Assembly: GCF_020745735.1 (NCBI RefSeq)
Contig: NW_026867490.1
Coordinates: 310,001-374,000, forward strand
Length of the DNA stretch: 64,000 nt
Source: Hemiscyllium ocellatum
Taxonomy: Eukaryota
Direction: 5' to 3'
Positions 23,030-35,585 of this stretch are shown here, piece by piece. Both the position numbers and the translations under genes were made by a program. Every line of letters starts with the position of its first letter. Position 1 is the first letter of the stretch. Under the pieces are notes generated by a model. That model was not told the origin of the DNA. It was given only the letters and a program-made list of their open reading frames with translations, and did no database searches.

Positions 23030-24070
23030 CGTGTATCCTTCTTTTATTAGCGTTCTGAAAAAGCATAACATCTCACCTGCCAGGAATAAACTCCACTCAC
23101 CATTATTCTCCCTAATTTGCTAGCTCATCCATGTCAAAGTTTGTTTTTTCCGCATCGTCCATAACATCATCACTTTCCGTGAATTTTGCAAACGTACTAA
23201 TTATATCGTCTGCATTCAGATATAAGTCGTTTATGCACATAGCAAACAGCAAGGGTTGCAGCATGGACACTTGTGGTATGTCACTGGTCACAGGCTTCAG
23301 ATCACAAAAATAACGCTCCATCATGATCTTTTTCCTCCTATCTACAAAGTATTTTTAGGTCTTTGTCAAAAGATACATTGAAGCTTTTTTTTTCTTTTGG
23401 GCAAGCTTTTCACTTAGGAACCTTGTCAAAGATCTCAATGAAGTACATGTGAACAACTTTGATGTAGTCCCTCTACCAATACATTCATTAGCTTTTCAAC
23501 ACGAAACACATTTAAATTAAACAGACTCCACTTGCAGAAAACTGTGCACCTGAAACAAAACTTGCTTTTGTTTCGCTACACTCGATCAGGCCCTCATTCA
23601 CCATGAAAAATCTAACCTGATTTGACTTTCCAAATTGCAGGACCTCACACTTATCTATAATCAACTCCACGTCCAATTTCTCTGAACACTTGTCCAGCTG
23701 GTTAAAGGTCGTGCTGCAATTTCAGATAACTTTGCTCATATCTGCGTTATCTCCTCCTTTCGTGTCCTATGAAAACCTAGTAATCCTACCTTCTGAATTT
23801 TCATGCGATACATTGCTATAGATAGCAAACAACACTGGCTCCAGCGGCCTCCTCTGAGGGCGGACACTTGTCACAGGTTCCCAATCCTTCCGATATTATG
23901 CTCTGCTTCCGACCATGAAGCCAATTGTGTACTCAAGTTTGCAACTCCCTCCCATTCATGCAGTCGAACCTTCCAGAACAGCCTACTATGTGGAACATTA
24001 TCAGAGGCCTTACTCCCATACAATCGCCCATTCTGACTCTTCCTAGTTAGCCCCTGCAATTCAAAATCCA
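23030..24070 (-). mobile_element. Decayed CR1 RT fragments
   Basis: PVTSDIPQVSMLQPLLF..INDL..FA; KASDNVPHSRL. Confidence 0.65.
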
Positions 24071-24788
24071 TGTATATCTAACCACGCAGAATCTTGCAAA
24101 ACATAGAAGCTACAATGAAATTCAGGTTGTCGGCTCAAAAACTTTTGCACCATATTCGACTTAATAAAATTGCAATATTGTCATCACATTTGTCTCCACA
24201 TGATGCTAGCCAAACCAGGCTCTCTTTTATTCCATTCATTCCAAATTTGAACAATTGCTTTTCACTATGAAAATGGAGTAGTTGCTTCTGGTCATCGGTG
24301 TGAGAACGCCATCCGGTGTCCATCTCCGTGATTCAGAAGCTAGATGTTTACACTCGGTCTGCGGTGTCTCTGCATCAGTGTATGTGCTCCAGAGCTCAAA
24401 AAACATGGTGCTTTCAGTTTACCAGCCACACGATGCCTACAGTAAACACTTCGTTTCCTTTGTGCAAGTTAAAATAGATTCTGTCCTGCAATTCTGGAGA
24501 TTTGAAAATTTCTTCCATGTATCTTCAGTAAATATCTCAGATTATCCGGGGATATTTCATGTCCCAGTCTAGGTTTCTGCCAGCGTATCTTGTCAAGTTT
24601 CGGCAGTGCAGTTTAATATGCTAGCCGTTCGGATTCAGGTGGATATTTGGGCGCTGAAGTATTTCCAATCGTTCTTGTGCCACAAATACAAAATATTTCC
24701 GTGTTTAGCGCATCTTTTATCCTCACCTCGTCAGGATAAAAGTTATTACCGGCCCACAGCTATGTGTTTGATTCTGAAGTGCCATTCT

Positions 24789-24901
24789 GGCTTCAGGGAC
24801 CGATAATAAATGTTGTTCAAATCCTTTTCTTTTAGTGACAAAGTGGTCGCAGACGCTGCAGTGTATTACTGTGCGACGAAGACGTATTGAGAGCAACAGT
24901 G
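24789..24901 (+). pseudogene. V-domain FR3 fragment (GFRDR**..KSFSFSDKVVADAAVYYCA)
   Basis: DAAVYYCA at 24852-24875; heptamer-like AACAGTG at 24895-24901 with no nonamer. Confidence 0.55.
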
Positions 24902-25399
24902 GATATGGCCATAAGGGTCTTGCATCGTGTTTTGTGTCTGATTTCTGTTAAATATTCCCCAAAACAAGTAATTTACAAAACCTAGTGAATTCACAATTCA
25001 TGAACTCATTCCTCATTACTTGACAAAATCAGAGGACGATGATAAATTGTAGACAATTAAGTCTAATCAGACATTGTACACGTGCAACAATAAAAGCATG
25101 GAAAACAGTTGAAATAATGACAGCCAATATCTTTGCCACTATGTCTGTTATTCTACCAAGTATAACATTTGTGTTGTAACAGTCTGTTTGTCTTTTTCTG
25201 AAACGAAAATATTTACTGAGAATAGGTACAAAGACGAGGGGCGGTTTGAGTCATATCCAAATATCGATTTCTCACTTTGAACTTCTGCAATGCAGTTTAT
25301 ATTCTGTCAAACCATAAATGCAGATCACTGCCCAACTGCGTTGATGATTGAATCGATGATAAGAATGCCGCATGGCAGTAATTTCTGTATGATAGAAAT

Positions 25400-25560
25400 G
25401 AGAAACAAAAGCAGAAATTGCTGGAAAACTTCAGCAGGTCTGGCAGCATCTATCGAGCAAAATCAGAGTTAATGGATCACTGCCAAACTGCTAAGTCTAT
25501 TTTCTATCCATAAACAATGGCAAACCTGCTTAGCTGCCCAAGCAATTTCTGTTTTCGTAT
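25400..25560. mobile_element. Short element with about 40-bp imperfect inverted termini (Penelope-LTR-like)
   Basis: acaaaagcagaaattgctggaaaacttcagcaggtctggc vs the reverse complement of 25519-25560. Confidence 0.5.
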
Positions 25561-25904
25561 ACAAGGACGCTCTCCACTGCAGTTGGAACAGATAGAATAA
25601 AATAGTAACAATGTCGTCTCCGAACTGTGACCTACTGTTTAAACATGGAAGACATTACTTATCATGTTTCAATACTCTATATCTTCATGAATAGCCCCCG
25701 TGTGGATTAACGTTATCCCGATTCAAGTCTAACTGGGGAAATAAGATTTCCAAATATCACGTCCACTTCTGCCATCCTGGTTTAGATAATAATTAATGGT
25801 ACAGCTGGGACAGAGAAGCTGAATGAAGACATATTCTGTCGATCTGCTTCTTCACACATATGTATTATCAGTATTTACTCTTCTGTTCGAGGAACTGAGT
25901 CAAA

Positions 25905-26130
25905 TGTGTGTTGCTGAGAAAGCACAGCCAATCAGGCAGCATATGAGGAGCAGATAATCGACGTTTTGGGCATAAGCCCTTTACTGGAAATGTATGTCCC
26001 TTCATCAGGTGTCAGAATCACTTAGATATGTGTGACGAATGTTGAAAGGTTTATAGGGCTTTTATCCAAAACGTCGATTCTCCTCCTCCTCGGATGTTTC
26101 CTGATCTGCGGTGCTGCAGTCCTCTCGCTC
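25905..26130. mobile_element. Decayed Penelope terminal-repeat element with inverted ends
   Basis: Same family as 55799-56256; decayed hammerhead-derived sequence in both orientations. Confidence 0.55.
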
Positions 26131-27013
26131 TTCCTTACCTCACCTCTCCTAATTCGAGGAGCTGGAAAGACATTCCTCTTATTTAAATAGAGATCTGACA
26201 AAATGTGTTTGATGACTGTCATATCGAAAATGAAAAACATACTGAAAGAATACATATTCTCCTGATGATTAGTGATCAAAGAAGCATTTTAATTTTAACT
26301 ATCAGAATTTTAAACTTGTCTTTCTCCTACAGGTTTTATTTTAAATTAAATTTACTATCACTCTGTATTGGAACTTTGATCTCACATATATCTGTGGCAA
26401 ATGTTGAAAGACTGACAACTTTCGGAAAAATGAAATTCTTCCACATCTATCTCTTAATTGTAGCTGTGGGGAGCTCAGTTGTCACAGTGCAAATAAATTA
26501 ATGTGAACTTTCCAACCTGAAACCAACACGACATGAGTTTCTTTTCCTTCAGGCTGCGGGTGTTCCAGACTGAAATAATCCAAGGTCCATAATTCAGTTA
26601 ATTCCTGCCCTGGTCTCCATTCCTTTCACTGCTGCCAGTCTGGTGTGAGGAACCGATGAATAAATGAGCTGTGAGCTCTTGGATTACACCTGCTTAATCT
26701 GTCAGCAATGAGCCATCAGAGAGACTAGATATTATTCAACATTAACGGAATTCTTGAATTCAACAATTTCATTGTCAGTTTATTTTGTGTAATCCTGTAT
26801 TCACAGCGTAGAATCATGACTTTTGCTTTCAATGCATTGTTTGCAAAGGCATCTGTCATAATTGAAACTAATGTTAAAATATACAGAATGTTTCACATAA
26901 AGGCATTGCTAACGTTGTTTTTAATTATGCATTCTATGCATTTCTACACTGTTGCGTTATCAGGTGATATTTGGTGCCATAGCTAGATGATGACATTTCT
27001 AAATTTCTGCAAG

Positions 27014-27600
27014 TCGTGTCCCTGCAGATTCTGTTTCTCAAGTGTTGGCGTTCAGCAATGACATTTGAAGACTTTGCAAAGACCGTTAGTTAAAGACATT
27101 CGACCACTGCTGTTACTGTTTAAACTTTGCAAAAATGTCATCAGATTTGACATAAAACATAGACGTAGTTCATCTTCTCTGCTATCTCTGCTAACTCCAC
27201 TAAGATCCATGAGTATGAGGGGATATTCACGATCCGTTTATTAGATTAGATTACTTACAGTGTGGAAACATGCCCTTCGGGGCAACAAGTGCACACTGAC
27301 ACGCCGAAGCGCAAACCACCCATACCCCTACATTTACCCCTTATCTAACATTATGGGCAATTTAGCATGGCCAATTCACCTGACCCGCACATCTTTTGGA
27401 TTGCATGAGGAAAACCGGAGCACCCAGAGGAAACTCACGCTGACACGGGGAGAATGTGCAAACTCCACCCAGTCAGTCGCCTGATTCGGGAATTGAACCC
27501 CAGTCTCAGGCGCTGTGAAACTGCAGTGCTAACCACTGTGCCATCGTGCCGACTCTGTTGCGGTCTGACACCATGACGTTAATGAGAGACGCAGGGGCAG
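27014..27600 (+). pseudogene. V pseudogene of the same family as 4149-4454, split by a SINE
   Basis: ADSVSQ / FEDFAKTVS*RHSTTA..TLQ.CHQ..HKT...SAN.....EGIFTIRL, then the SINE, then LRSDT. Confidence 0.6.
27240..27550 (-). mobile_element. HE1-type tRNA-derived SINE
   Basis: Reverse complement of ggcacg.tggcacagtggttagcact...; (taatc)n tail. Confidence 0.9.
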
Positions 27601-27969
27601 AAATCGAATAATCTGAAAAGCTAAGCGACTGTGAAAGAAATACATTGATTACTAGTACTAAGAAAGCAATTGCAAGAGGACATTGCCTCTACATGACTGC
27701 TTCTATCACTCAGTAAAAAATAAGAGTGATTTCAGGTGCAAATTAACTTCACAGTGAGGCATTGGCAGAGGAAATTGGGTGCAGTTATCCATTCTCCCTG
27801 AAAATGCACGTGAAATATCCGGTTTCTCCTGTTCATTGGTAAATATTCGTTTGTATGCTGCTAACATCAAGAGACACCAGAAAATTTTTGTCTGCTGCAT
27901 CCCACATAGGAAATTTCCCAGTCACCACTTCACAAACTCAGTCTAACTTGTGATGGAGCATGAAAAATG

Positions 27970-28395
27970 AACCATTCAATCTGATTTCAACAACTGCATT
28001 CTTGCACGGAAACGACTTCTTTCAGATCATTAAACGCTAATGCGAATTGTCCACTCAGTTTGACTTCAAGTTGAATCTCAGACCAGTTAAAGATCACATT
28101 GGTTCAACATTCAGTGAGTCTGCATATTGTTCCTTTTGTCAGTTAGTGGCAACCTGACTGTGTTTACGTATTATTTTCTGAACATGCGAGCGCACAATTG
28201 ATGTCTCTCTTCTTTCACATAAACGTTGACGTTGTCGTAACTCGTTCATCCTATCACATTAAACACAGGAAGTGACATCAAATAAAAGACAGCCAGTGTT
28301 GTCAGCTTTGTGTTTGACTGATGTTGTTGTGATTTCTGAGGCACAGAAACATTTCTCACATTCCGGCGCAACAGTAATGTGGCTCTCCATTGTCT
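27970..28395 (+). repeat. Duplicate of 1-424 with V promoter decamer and start of the leader (MWLSIV), cut by a gap
   Basis: Direct alignment by eye; ATG at 28377. Confidence 0.9.
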
Positions 28396-28895
28396 NNNNN
28401 NNNNNNNNNNNNNNNNNNNNNNNNNNNNNNNNNNNNNNNNNNNNNNNNNNNNNNNNNNNNNNNNNNNNNNNNNNNNNNNNNNNNNNNNNNNNNNNNNNNN
28501 NNNNNNNNNNNNNNNNNNNNNNNNNNNNNNNNNNNNNNNNNNNNNNNNNNNNNNNNNNNNNNNNNNNNNNNNNNNNNNNNNNNNNNNNNNNNNNNNNNNN
28601 NNNNNNNNNNNNNNNNNNNNNNNNNNNNNNNNNNNNNNNNNNNNNNNNNNNNNNNNNNNNNNNNNNNNNNNNNNNNNNNNNNNNNNNNNNNNNNNNNNNN
28701 NNNNNNNNNNNNNNNNNNNNNNNNNNNNNNNNNNNNNNNNNNNNNNNNNNNNNNNNNNNNNNNNNNNNNNNNNNNNNNNNNNNNNNNNNNNNNNNNNNNN
28801 NNNNNNNNNNNNNNNNNNNNNNNNNNNNNNNNNNNNNNNNNNNNNNNNNNNNNNNNNNNNNNNNNNNNNNNNNNNNNNNNNNNNNNNNNNNNNNN
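28396..28895. other. Assembly gap (500 N)
   Basis: N run. Confidence 1.
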
Positions 28896-29479
28896 CTGTT
28901 AGACAGGACTTTAAACAGAACTGTCTTCTCACATACACTCCCCAAAGTTCATAAATAGTTAGACTGATAAACGCATCACTTAAAGCTGAATGATGTTTTA
29001 CCATACTTGCTGCGATCTTAATGAAAGTGATGTCAACGCCAGCAAAGAGAAAGTGGTTGATCTCTTTGAATTAGTGAGTAGATGGACTATTCAAATACCA
29101 GAGGATGTGGTAATAGGAGGACAAAACATGTGGAAAGGAAAAAAAAGAGGTAAACATTTGTGTGGAAGGACTGGTGAAGCAACTTCATAAGTTGCTGATA
29201 GACAGGGAAATAGCGATTGATAAAGTAATCAACAACAATATCCATGGCAAGTGCTGCCAATCCAGAAGATCAAGGAGGATGAACAGTACAATGAAACATG
29301 TGGAACTGCAAACACGATGGGGTGCACCATACGACACTATTGTCACAAGTGAAACATGTGCTTTAGTTTATAGGAATTGCGGGGATGGGGGGATATTGGA
29401 AAAGTGGAATCACTGTTCCCAATTTACGTTAAATGAACATAAATTATTATAAAGAACCCTTCAGGAAGTTGTGTTGCAT

Positions 29480-29735
29480 CCTTGTTCTTCATACTGTAGT
29501 GGCCACCACTGCCATCTAGTTTTGGAATGGACAATGGATTCCGAGTGCAACTGAAGTAGAGAAAGGGAAGTCTGATTACATGTAGAACATTGTAACTGTA
29601 AAATTAAATAGTGGATAGCATGTCGGCGATGACACTGGGAGCAGTAACGATTATAATTTATATCACAGTCGTACAGAAAGGGAATGTATGATTCCATCTC
29701 TAACATGCCTTCCCGTTCTAGCCACATCAAACCTT
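29480..29735 (-). pseudogene. Possible decayed V remnant
   Basis: Polypyrimidine-AG acceptor; ..RYCSQCHRRH..YLIL; LSIPKL.GSGGHYS as a decayed FR3. Confidence 0.35.
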
Positions 29736-30789
29736 GAAATAAAAAAGAAAACTGCTCGATTAACACGGACTTCAAGAAGTATTACATTTAACAAGCCCAA
29801 ATTAGAGGTTGATTGCAAAGACCAGTGTAATTTATATGTGCAGAACAGCGAGTCACAATATGCTCGACTTGGCCCAAGTCTTAAATGCTACCTGCAAGTT
29901 GTGTCACTGTGTGTCAATGTAGATTTAGCAAAGCTGGCAGAACGGAAGGGATGGAAAAATGATAAGTTCAGTAAATGACTTGTGGGCTGCACGGAGATCC
30001 TCTTTAAAAAGACTATAATGATTCTCCAGGATTTACACATGACGCAATTTCAGGATTTGAGTGAAAATGTAGTCACGATCCCGACCAAGAGAGTTTAATA
30101 AAGAGACCTCAACATTAATATAGGAAAGGTTGCTTAGTAATGAAACATTCTGGAAAAAGCATGACACCTATGCTAGGATATATGCATTTCCATTAATTTT
30201 TTGACCTAACAAAAATACAAGAATGATGCTCCAAAACCACAAAATAATTGTTTGCCCACCTATTCGGATTACAGGTGGAAAGTCAGAAGTTCAGGTCAGA
30301 GAAAAGCCTTCTCAGGAAAATGAAAGGATATTTCAAATGGCAGGAGTAAGTTGCACCTCGCGAATAGCGGCTGTAAACATATCAGAAATCAACAGGAGAG
30401 ATAAAAAGCTTTCGATTCCGCAGGAGCAAATGAGTAGAGTTGTAGATGGAGCTGTCAAGACCAAGTCAAAACTAATTGGATATACAGAGAAACTCCCATG
30501 TTATGTTCAATGCCATTAAATTTCTGAAGACTCTGCAAAATATGTCTTCATAATTTATTGCCTGACTGTTTAATACTCCTAAAGAAGAACATAGAACAGA
30601 AACGTGCAGGGTCTGCACTGGCTGAGAATTTACAATGATCAGTACTAACCTGCTAAAACAGAATATGCATAAAGTTCCCCGACTGAGTGACTGATAAACA
30701 ATTGAGACAATGTGTCAGCGAAACATAAGATGTATAACACTTGTGAGACCGTATTGGGTAGTGAGAACGCTGGTGAAAAGGGACGTTAA

Positions 30790-31250
30790 ACAGGGGTAGT
30801 GTTATTAGCTGGTAAAAGAACAGCAGATCAGGCAGCATACGAGGAGCAGGAGAATCGAAATTTTGGGCAAAGGCCCTTCATCAGGAATGAGGCTTGTGAG
30901 CCAGGGGAGCTAAGAGATAAATGAGAGTGTTTTGTGTTGGGAAGGTGAATGTAGCTGTGAAAGCGATAGGTAGATAAATGTGAGGGGAGAAGGGATAGAT
31001 TGGGGGAGGACATAGATGGGAAAAGTGTTGGATGGGTCAGGAGCGAGGTGTCGCATTCGAGGCTTGGGACCAGGATAATGTGGGTGGAGGAGAAATGAGG
31101 AAACTACCTTCTCACAACCCCATCCCCCTTACAATTTAACTTGCAGCACCCTCCCCCTCCCCCGCCCACAAGCCTCAATTCGAGCGTCGAAGCGTCGATT
31201 CACCTGCTCCTCGGATGCCCCCTGATCTGCCGTGCTTTTCCAGTTCCATA
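30790..31250. mobile_element. Penelope terminal-repeat element with inverted ends; hammerhead core mutated
   Basis: Minus strand attc CUGAUGA a GGGC-cuuu-GCCC AAAA (30853-30888); inverted copy at 31188-31250. Confidence 0.7.
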
Positions 31251-32679
31251 CTCACTTTCTCTCCCTGTTATATATCCCCAAACATGGAGATAATCATACT
31301 TATCATCTGAGAAGGATTACAATATTGCGATATATCAATGAAAGGACCCTGATATTACTAAAAGACTGCCCGTTTCATATGTTTATTATGGCATTAGCAT
31401 GGCCGAAGCTGCTTTTCCTCCAGCGAATGAATTGAAAAGATATTGAGACCCTTGTCAATGCTACCAAAAAGGGAGTGACTTGACGTTGTTTCATCAGGGA
31501 AGTAATCAGTGATCATGCTCTGATGACATGACCAGACAAAATCTTTCTGTTCGTATTTTATAATATGTGACAATGTAATCTATTTTGTCGGTGAACAACC
31601 AGTCCTTCTTACAGGATTCCCTGATTGGAACAACGTGCTATTTAGCCATCGAGGCAATTACGAGAAGGGTTCAAAGCAATGCAATATAATTTGACCTAAT
31701 ATTGCTACTTTCACGGCAAAACAGGTTATTATTATTCAGGCAAGAAACTTATCTAAACCGACATGGCAAGCAGTACTGAATCTCACCAACCAGTGAACTA
31801 GCGTACGTTTAGAACTGTCAAAGAAATTGCCAACAAAATTGCCACCGATTCCACTTGTGGCTGTAGACGTGGGAACGGTTGTCCGAGGAGCTGAAGAAGT
31901 CAATCATCAATTGTCTGAACATACAAGTCAGATCATTAGCTCCTGTCACTTTTCTGTGTCTGGGGCAAAAACTCTATTTTTCGCACTACCGGAGACTTGG
32001 GTGAATTCATGTTCAGCTATAACTGATTTGTTCTGTTCTGAATTATACTCAAAACAGTTGAGGACCAGAACGTGTAATCATAGATTAAGCGTTAGTCTTT
32101 CAGCCTGAATTGATTATTTCTCTCCCTTCAAAATCGTGAATCAGTGGTGATTTTTATTGCAATGAGCTGTAAAAGTTGGGCAGTTAAATATATTAAAAGT
32201 AAAAGAGACAGATTATTAATTAGTAAGGGAAACAAGGGTTATAGAAAACAGGCAGGAAAGTTAAGTTGTGGATTATGAGATCAGCCTTCATCCCATTGTA
32301 TGGTGGAGTGGACTTGTTGGGCGAAATGTCTTCATCTGTTCCTGGGTCTCAATGTCTTTTCAATTCATTCGCTGGAGGAAACGCTGCTTCGGCCATGCTA
32401 GTGGCATGACCATCCTTACGTTGCTAATGAAGTTCTGTATTCAGTTAATTCCAATCACAGAATGTTGATATTACTTAATCCAGTTATGGCTCCATTTATT
32501 TTTTACTCATTTGTTGCTCTTGACACGATTTGTCTCGGTTAGTATACCACTTCAGTGTTCAGTTAAGAGTGAATAATTTTGCTATGAGTCTTGAATGAAA
32601 CGTCCCAATCAGGTATGAATGGTAAATTTCCATTGAACAGGCTTAGGAAACTCTATTATTTCTTTTAGAATCATAGAAT

Positions 32680-33000
32680 CACTCAATCTCTGCAGTATGG
32701 AAACGGCCCTTCAGGTCAACACATCCACAACTGCACAGACTAACTAACCCTGATCGATTCCTTCGACATATATTTACCTATGCCTATTGCACCTAACCTA
32801 CATGTTCCAGAACTCTTTGGTCGATTTAGCACAGCCAATTCACCAAAACTGCGCATCTTTTGGGCTGTGGGAGGAAACCGGTGCACATAGAGGAAACCCA
32901 CACAGATACAGGGGAATACACAAACTACGCTCAGACAGTCGTCCGAATCGACGCGGGTCCCTGGCGCTATGAAGCAGCAGTGCTTATCAATGAACCATTG
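32680..33000 (-). mobile_element. HE1-like SINE, decayed
   Basis: tgtgggaggaaaccgg..cagaggaaacccacacagatacaggg..caaact core. Confidence 0.7.
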
Positions 33001-33104
33001 CTCTTGACAATTCTGTCTTAAAAGCGAAAGCTTGGTCTTTGATTGCACCATGCAATCCTGGACTACCCATCTACACCACCTTTTTTAGACATGAATTCTA
33101 GAGC

Positions 33105-35585
33105 ATTACATAGAACGTGGAGCATCGAACATAGAAGAGGACAGCATAGTACAAGCCGTCAGCTCTCGATGTTGTCCTGATCTTTTACCCTTATCTAAAT
33201 CAGTCTCACATCTCTTCCATTGCTTACACAAGAGTCGCTTAAATGTCCCGAAGTATTTGACTCTACTGATAAGGCTGGCAGCGCATTCCACGCATCCATA
33301 ACTCGCTGTTTAAAGAATCTACCTTTGATATCTCCCCTAAACCTTCCACCAACAACTTAAAATTTGCCCGTTTGTTAGAAAACATGTCCGACCTGGAAAA
33401 ATCACAGGTCATCCACTCCAACTTTGCCTGTGATCAACTTGTTCCCTCATTCAAAGTCAGACCTCATGGTTCATCGCTCCAGTGGGAATAACCCTCCGTC
33501 CTCAACCTTTTTTGTAATAAAACACGCTCTTCTGTCCACTCAGCATCCTGCCAAATCTTCTCTGCACCCTCTCTAAAGTCTCCACATCCTTCCAATGAAG
33601 AGACGATCAGAATTGAACTCAATATTTCAGGTGTGGTCTAAACAGTGCTCTCTGAGCTGTAACATAACCTAACAGCTCTCAAACTGAACGCACTGTTAAT
33701 GAAAGTTAACACACCCTACGCCTTCTTTAAAACCTGAGCACGTTGAGTGGCAAGTTTCAGGGAAGTATGGACATTGATGTCAACATCCCTCTGTTCACAG
33801 TCAAGAATCCAGCCTTTAACCTTCCATTCATTTCACACTTTTGTAGGTTCAATTCCACCTGCCAATTATCAGCCCAGCTCTACATCCTGTCAAAGTCCTC
33901 TTGCAAGCTAAAGCAGCGTTCCATAGTACATACCAATCCACCAAACTTCATATCATCGGCGAACTTACAAAGCCACTCTTCCATGTCCTCATCCAGGTAA
34001 TTTAATGGGGAGGTAATGGTGTAATGGTATTATTGTTAGACTCGGGAAAGACATTTCTCCTGACCTTACCTAGTTTTGCGAACGTGGTACCCAGACCATT
34101 AAAAATGTCTTAGAAATTTAAATTCCCACCTGGATGGGCAGCAAATGTTGGTAATGCAGCGACACCCTTTTTCAGTGAATGAGCAAAAAATATAAAAATC
34201 ACAAAGTGTCGAAATCCGAGAATAGATCCATGTGGAACATTACTAATCACCAAGATCCAATCTGAAAACCTTCCACATGCCACCTCACTGTGTATTCCTT
34301 AAGGCAGTCAGTTCTGTATCTAGACATGCAAATTTCCTGTGCTCATGCCTCCTCACTTTCTGAATGATCCTGCCGAGAGGAACACTACCAAATGCCTTGC
34401 TGAATTCCTTGTATACCTCTCCCAACTCTAACTTCATCAACGTGATTTGTCACATACTCAAAGAATGCAAATATGTTTGAAAAGGATGAGCTGCCTGTCA
34501 CAAAGCCATGCTGACACTCTTCAACCACACTATGGTTTTCTTAATAATGATAAATCTTAGATATTCTTAGATACTCCTAGAATTCTCTCAATGCTTTATC
34601 CACCATAGGCGTGTGACTAACTGCTCTGCAATTCCAAGGTTTATCCCTTTTCCATTTCTTGAACAATATTTGCCACCATCCAATCATCCGGCATTACACC
34701 AGGCTGTCCTCGAAAAAGTTAATGCCTCTCCCAGAAAGGAATACTGAAGCGAATTACTCTTTTAATGGTTCTACCCAACCTCGCCCAACTCCAGGCACAA
34801 AATTCCTCCACTATCCCTGATCGGCCCCCTCTTAATTTGGCCAACCTCATGTAAGTGTCAAATGCCTTCAGGTTTTCTTTAATCCTACCTGATAAAACTT
34901 TTTCATGCCGCCTTCCAGCTCTCATTATGTAATTTCTTCACTTCGTTCCTGATTGCATTGGAACCTTCTCGGGCCTTGCCTGATCCATGCCTCCCCAGCC
35001 TTAAGTAAGCTTCTTTCTTCCTCTTGACTAGATGTTGCACATCTCTCGAAACACAAGGTTCTTTCAACGTACTATCCCTTCCTTGCCACAGTGGGACAAA
35101 CCTGTCAAACACGAAAAGCAGTAACCCGAAAGCAATCTCTATATTTTTGTCCTGAATTTCTCTGAGAACATCTTTACCAATTTAGGCGCCCCAGTTCCTG
35201 TCTAATGACAATTTACTTTCCCATATCTGTACTCATCCCTCTTCTTGAGTATAAAAAACGTCAGGGAGTTATGGTCACGATCGCTGAAATGATCTCTCAC
35301 TTGGAATGATTCGTTGCCAAGCACAAATGCAATCTAACATGGCTGCCGCTCTGCTCTGCTAATCAAAATATTGAGTCAGGAACGCCTCCTGGACACACCT
35401 GATAACAAAATCTTCACACAAACTATTTGAACTAAGGAGGTTCTAATCAGTTTTCGGGAAGTGAAAGTCTCCCATTACAACAACCCTATTACTTCTGTAC
35501 CTTTACAAAATCCATTATTTAATCGACACCTCCGCTTCTCTGTTGCCATTGGGGGATTAGTAGAAACCTCCCAATAAAGTGACTT
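33105..35585 (-). mobile_element. Fragmented CR1 LINE (with a nested old SINE about 34006-34190)
   Basis: ORF2-like fragments (KENLKAFDTY, PCVSRDVQHLVKRKKEAY); atagaac tail at 33108. Confidence 0.75.

Noticed and set aside
28246-29004. Long ORFs across the N gap (also 37647-37982)
   Set aside because: Artefacts of N translation.
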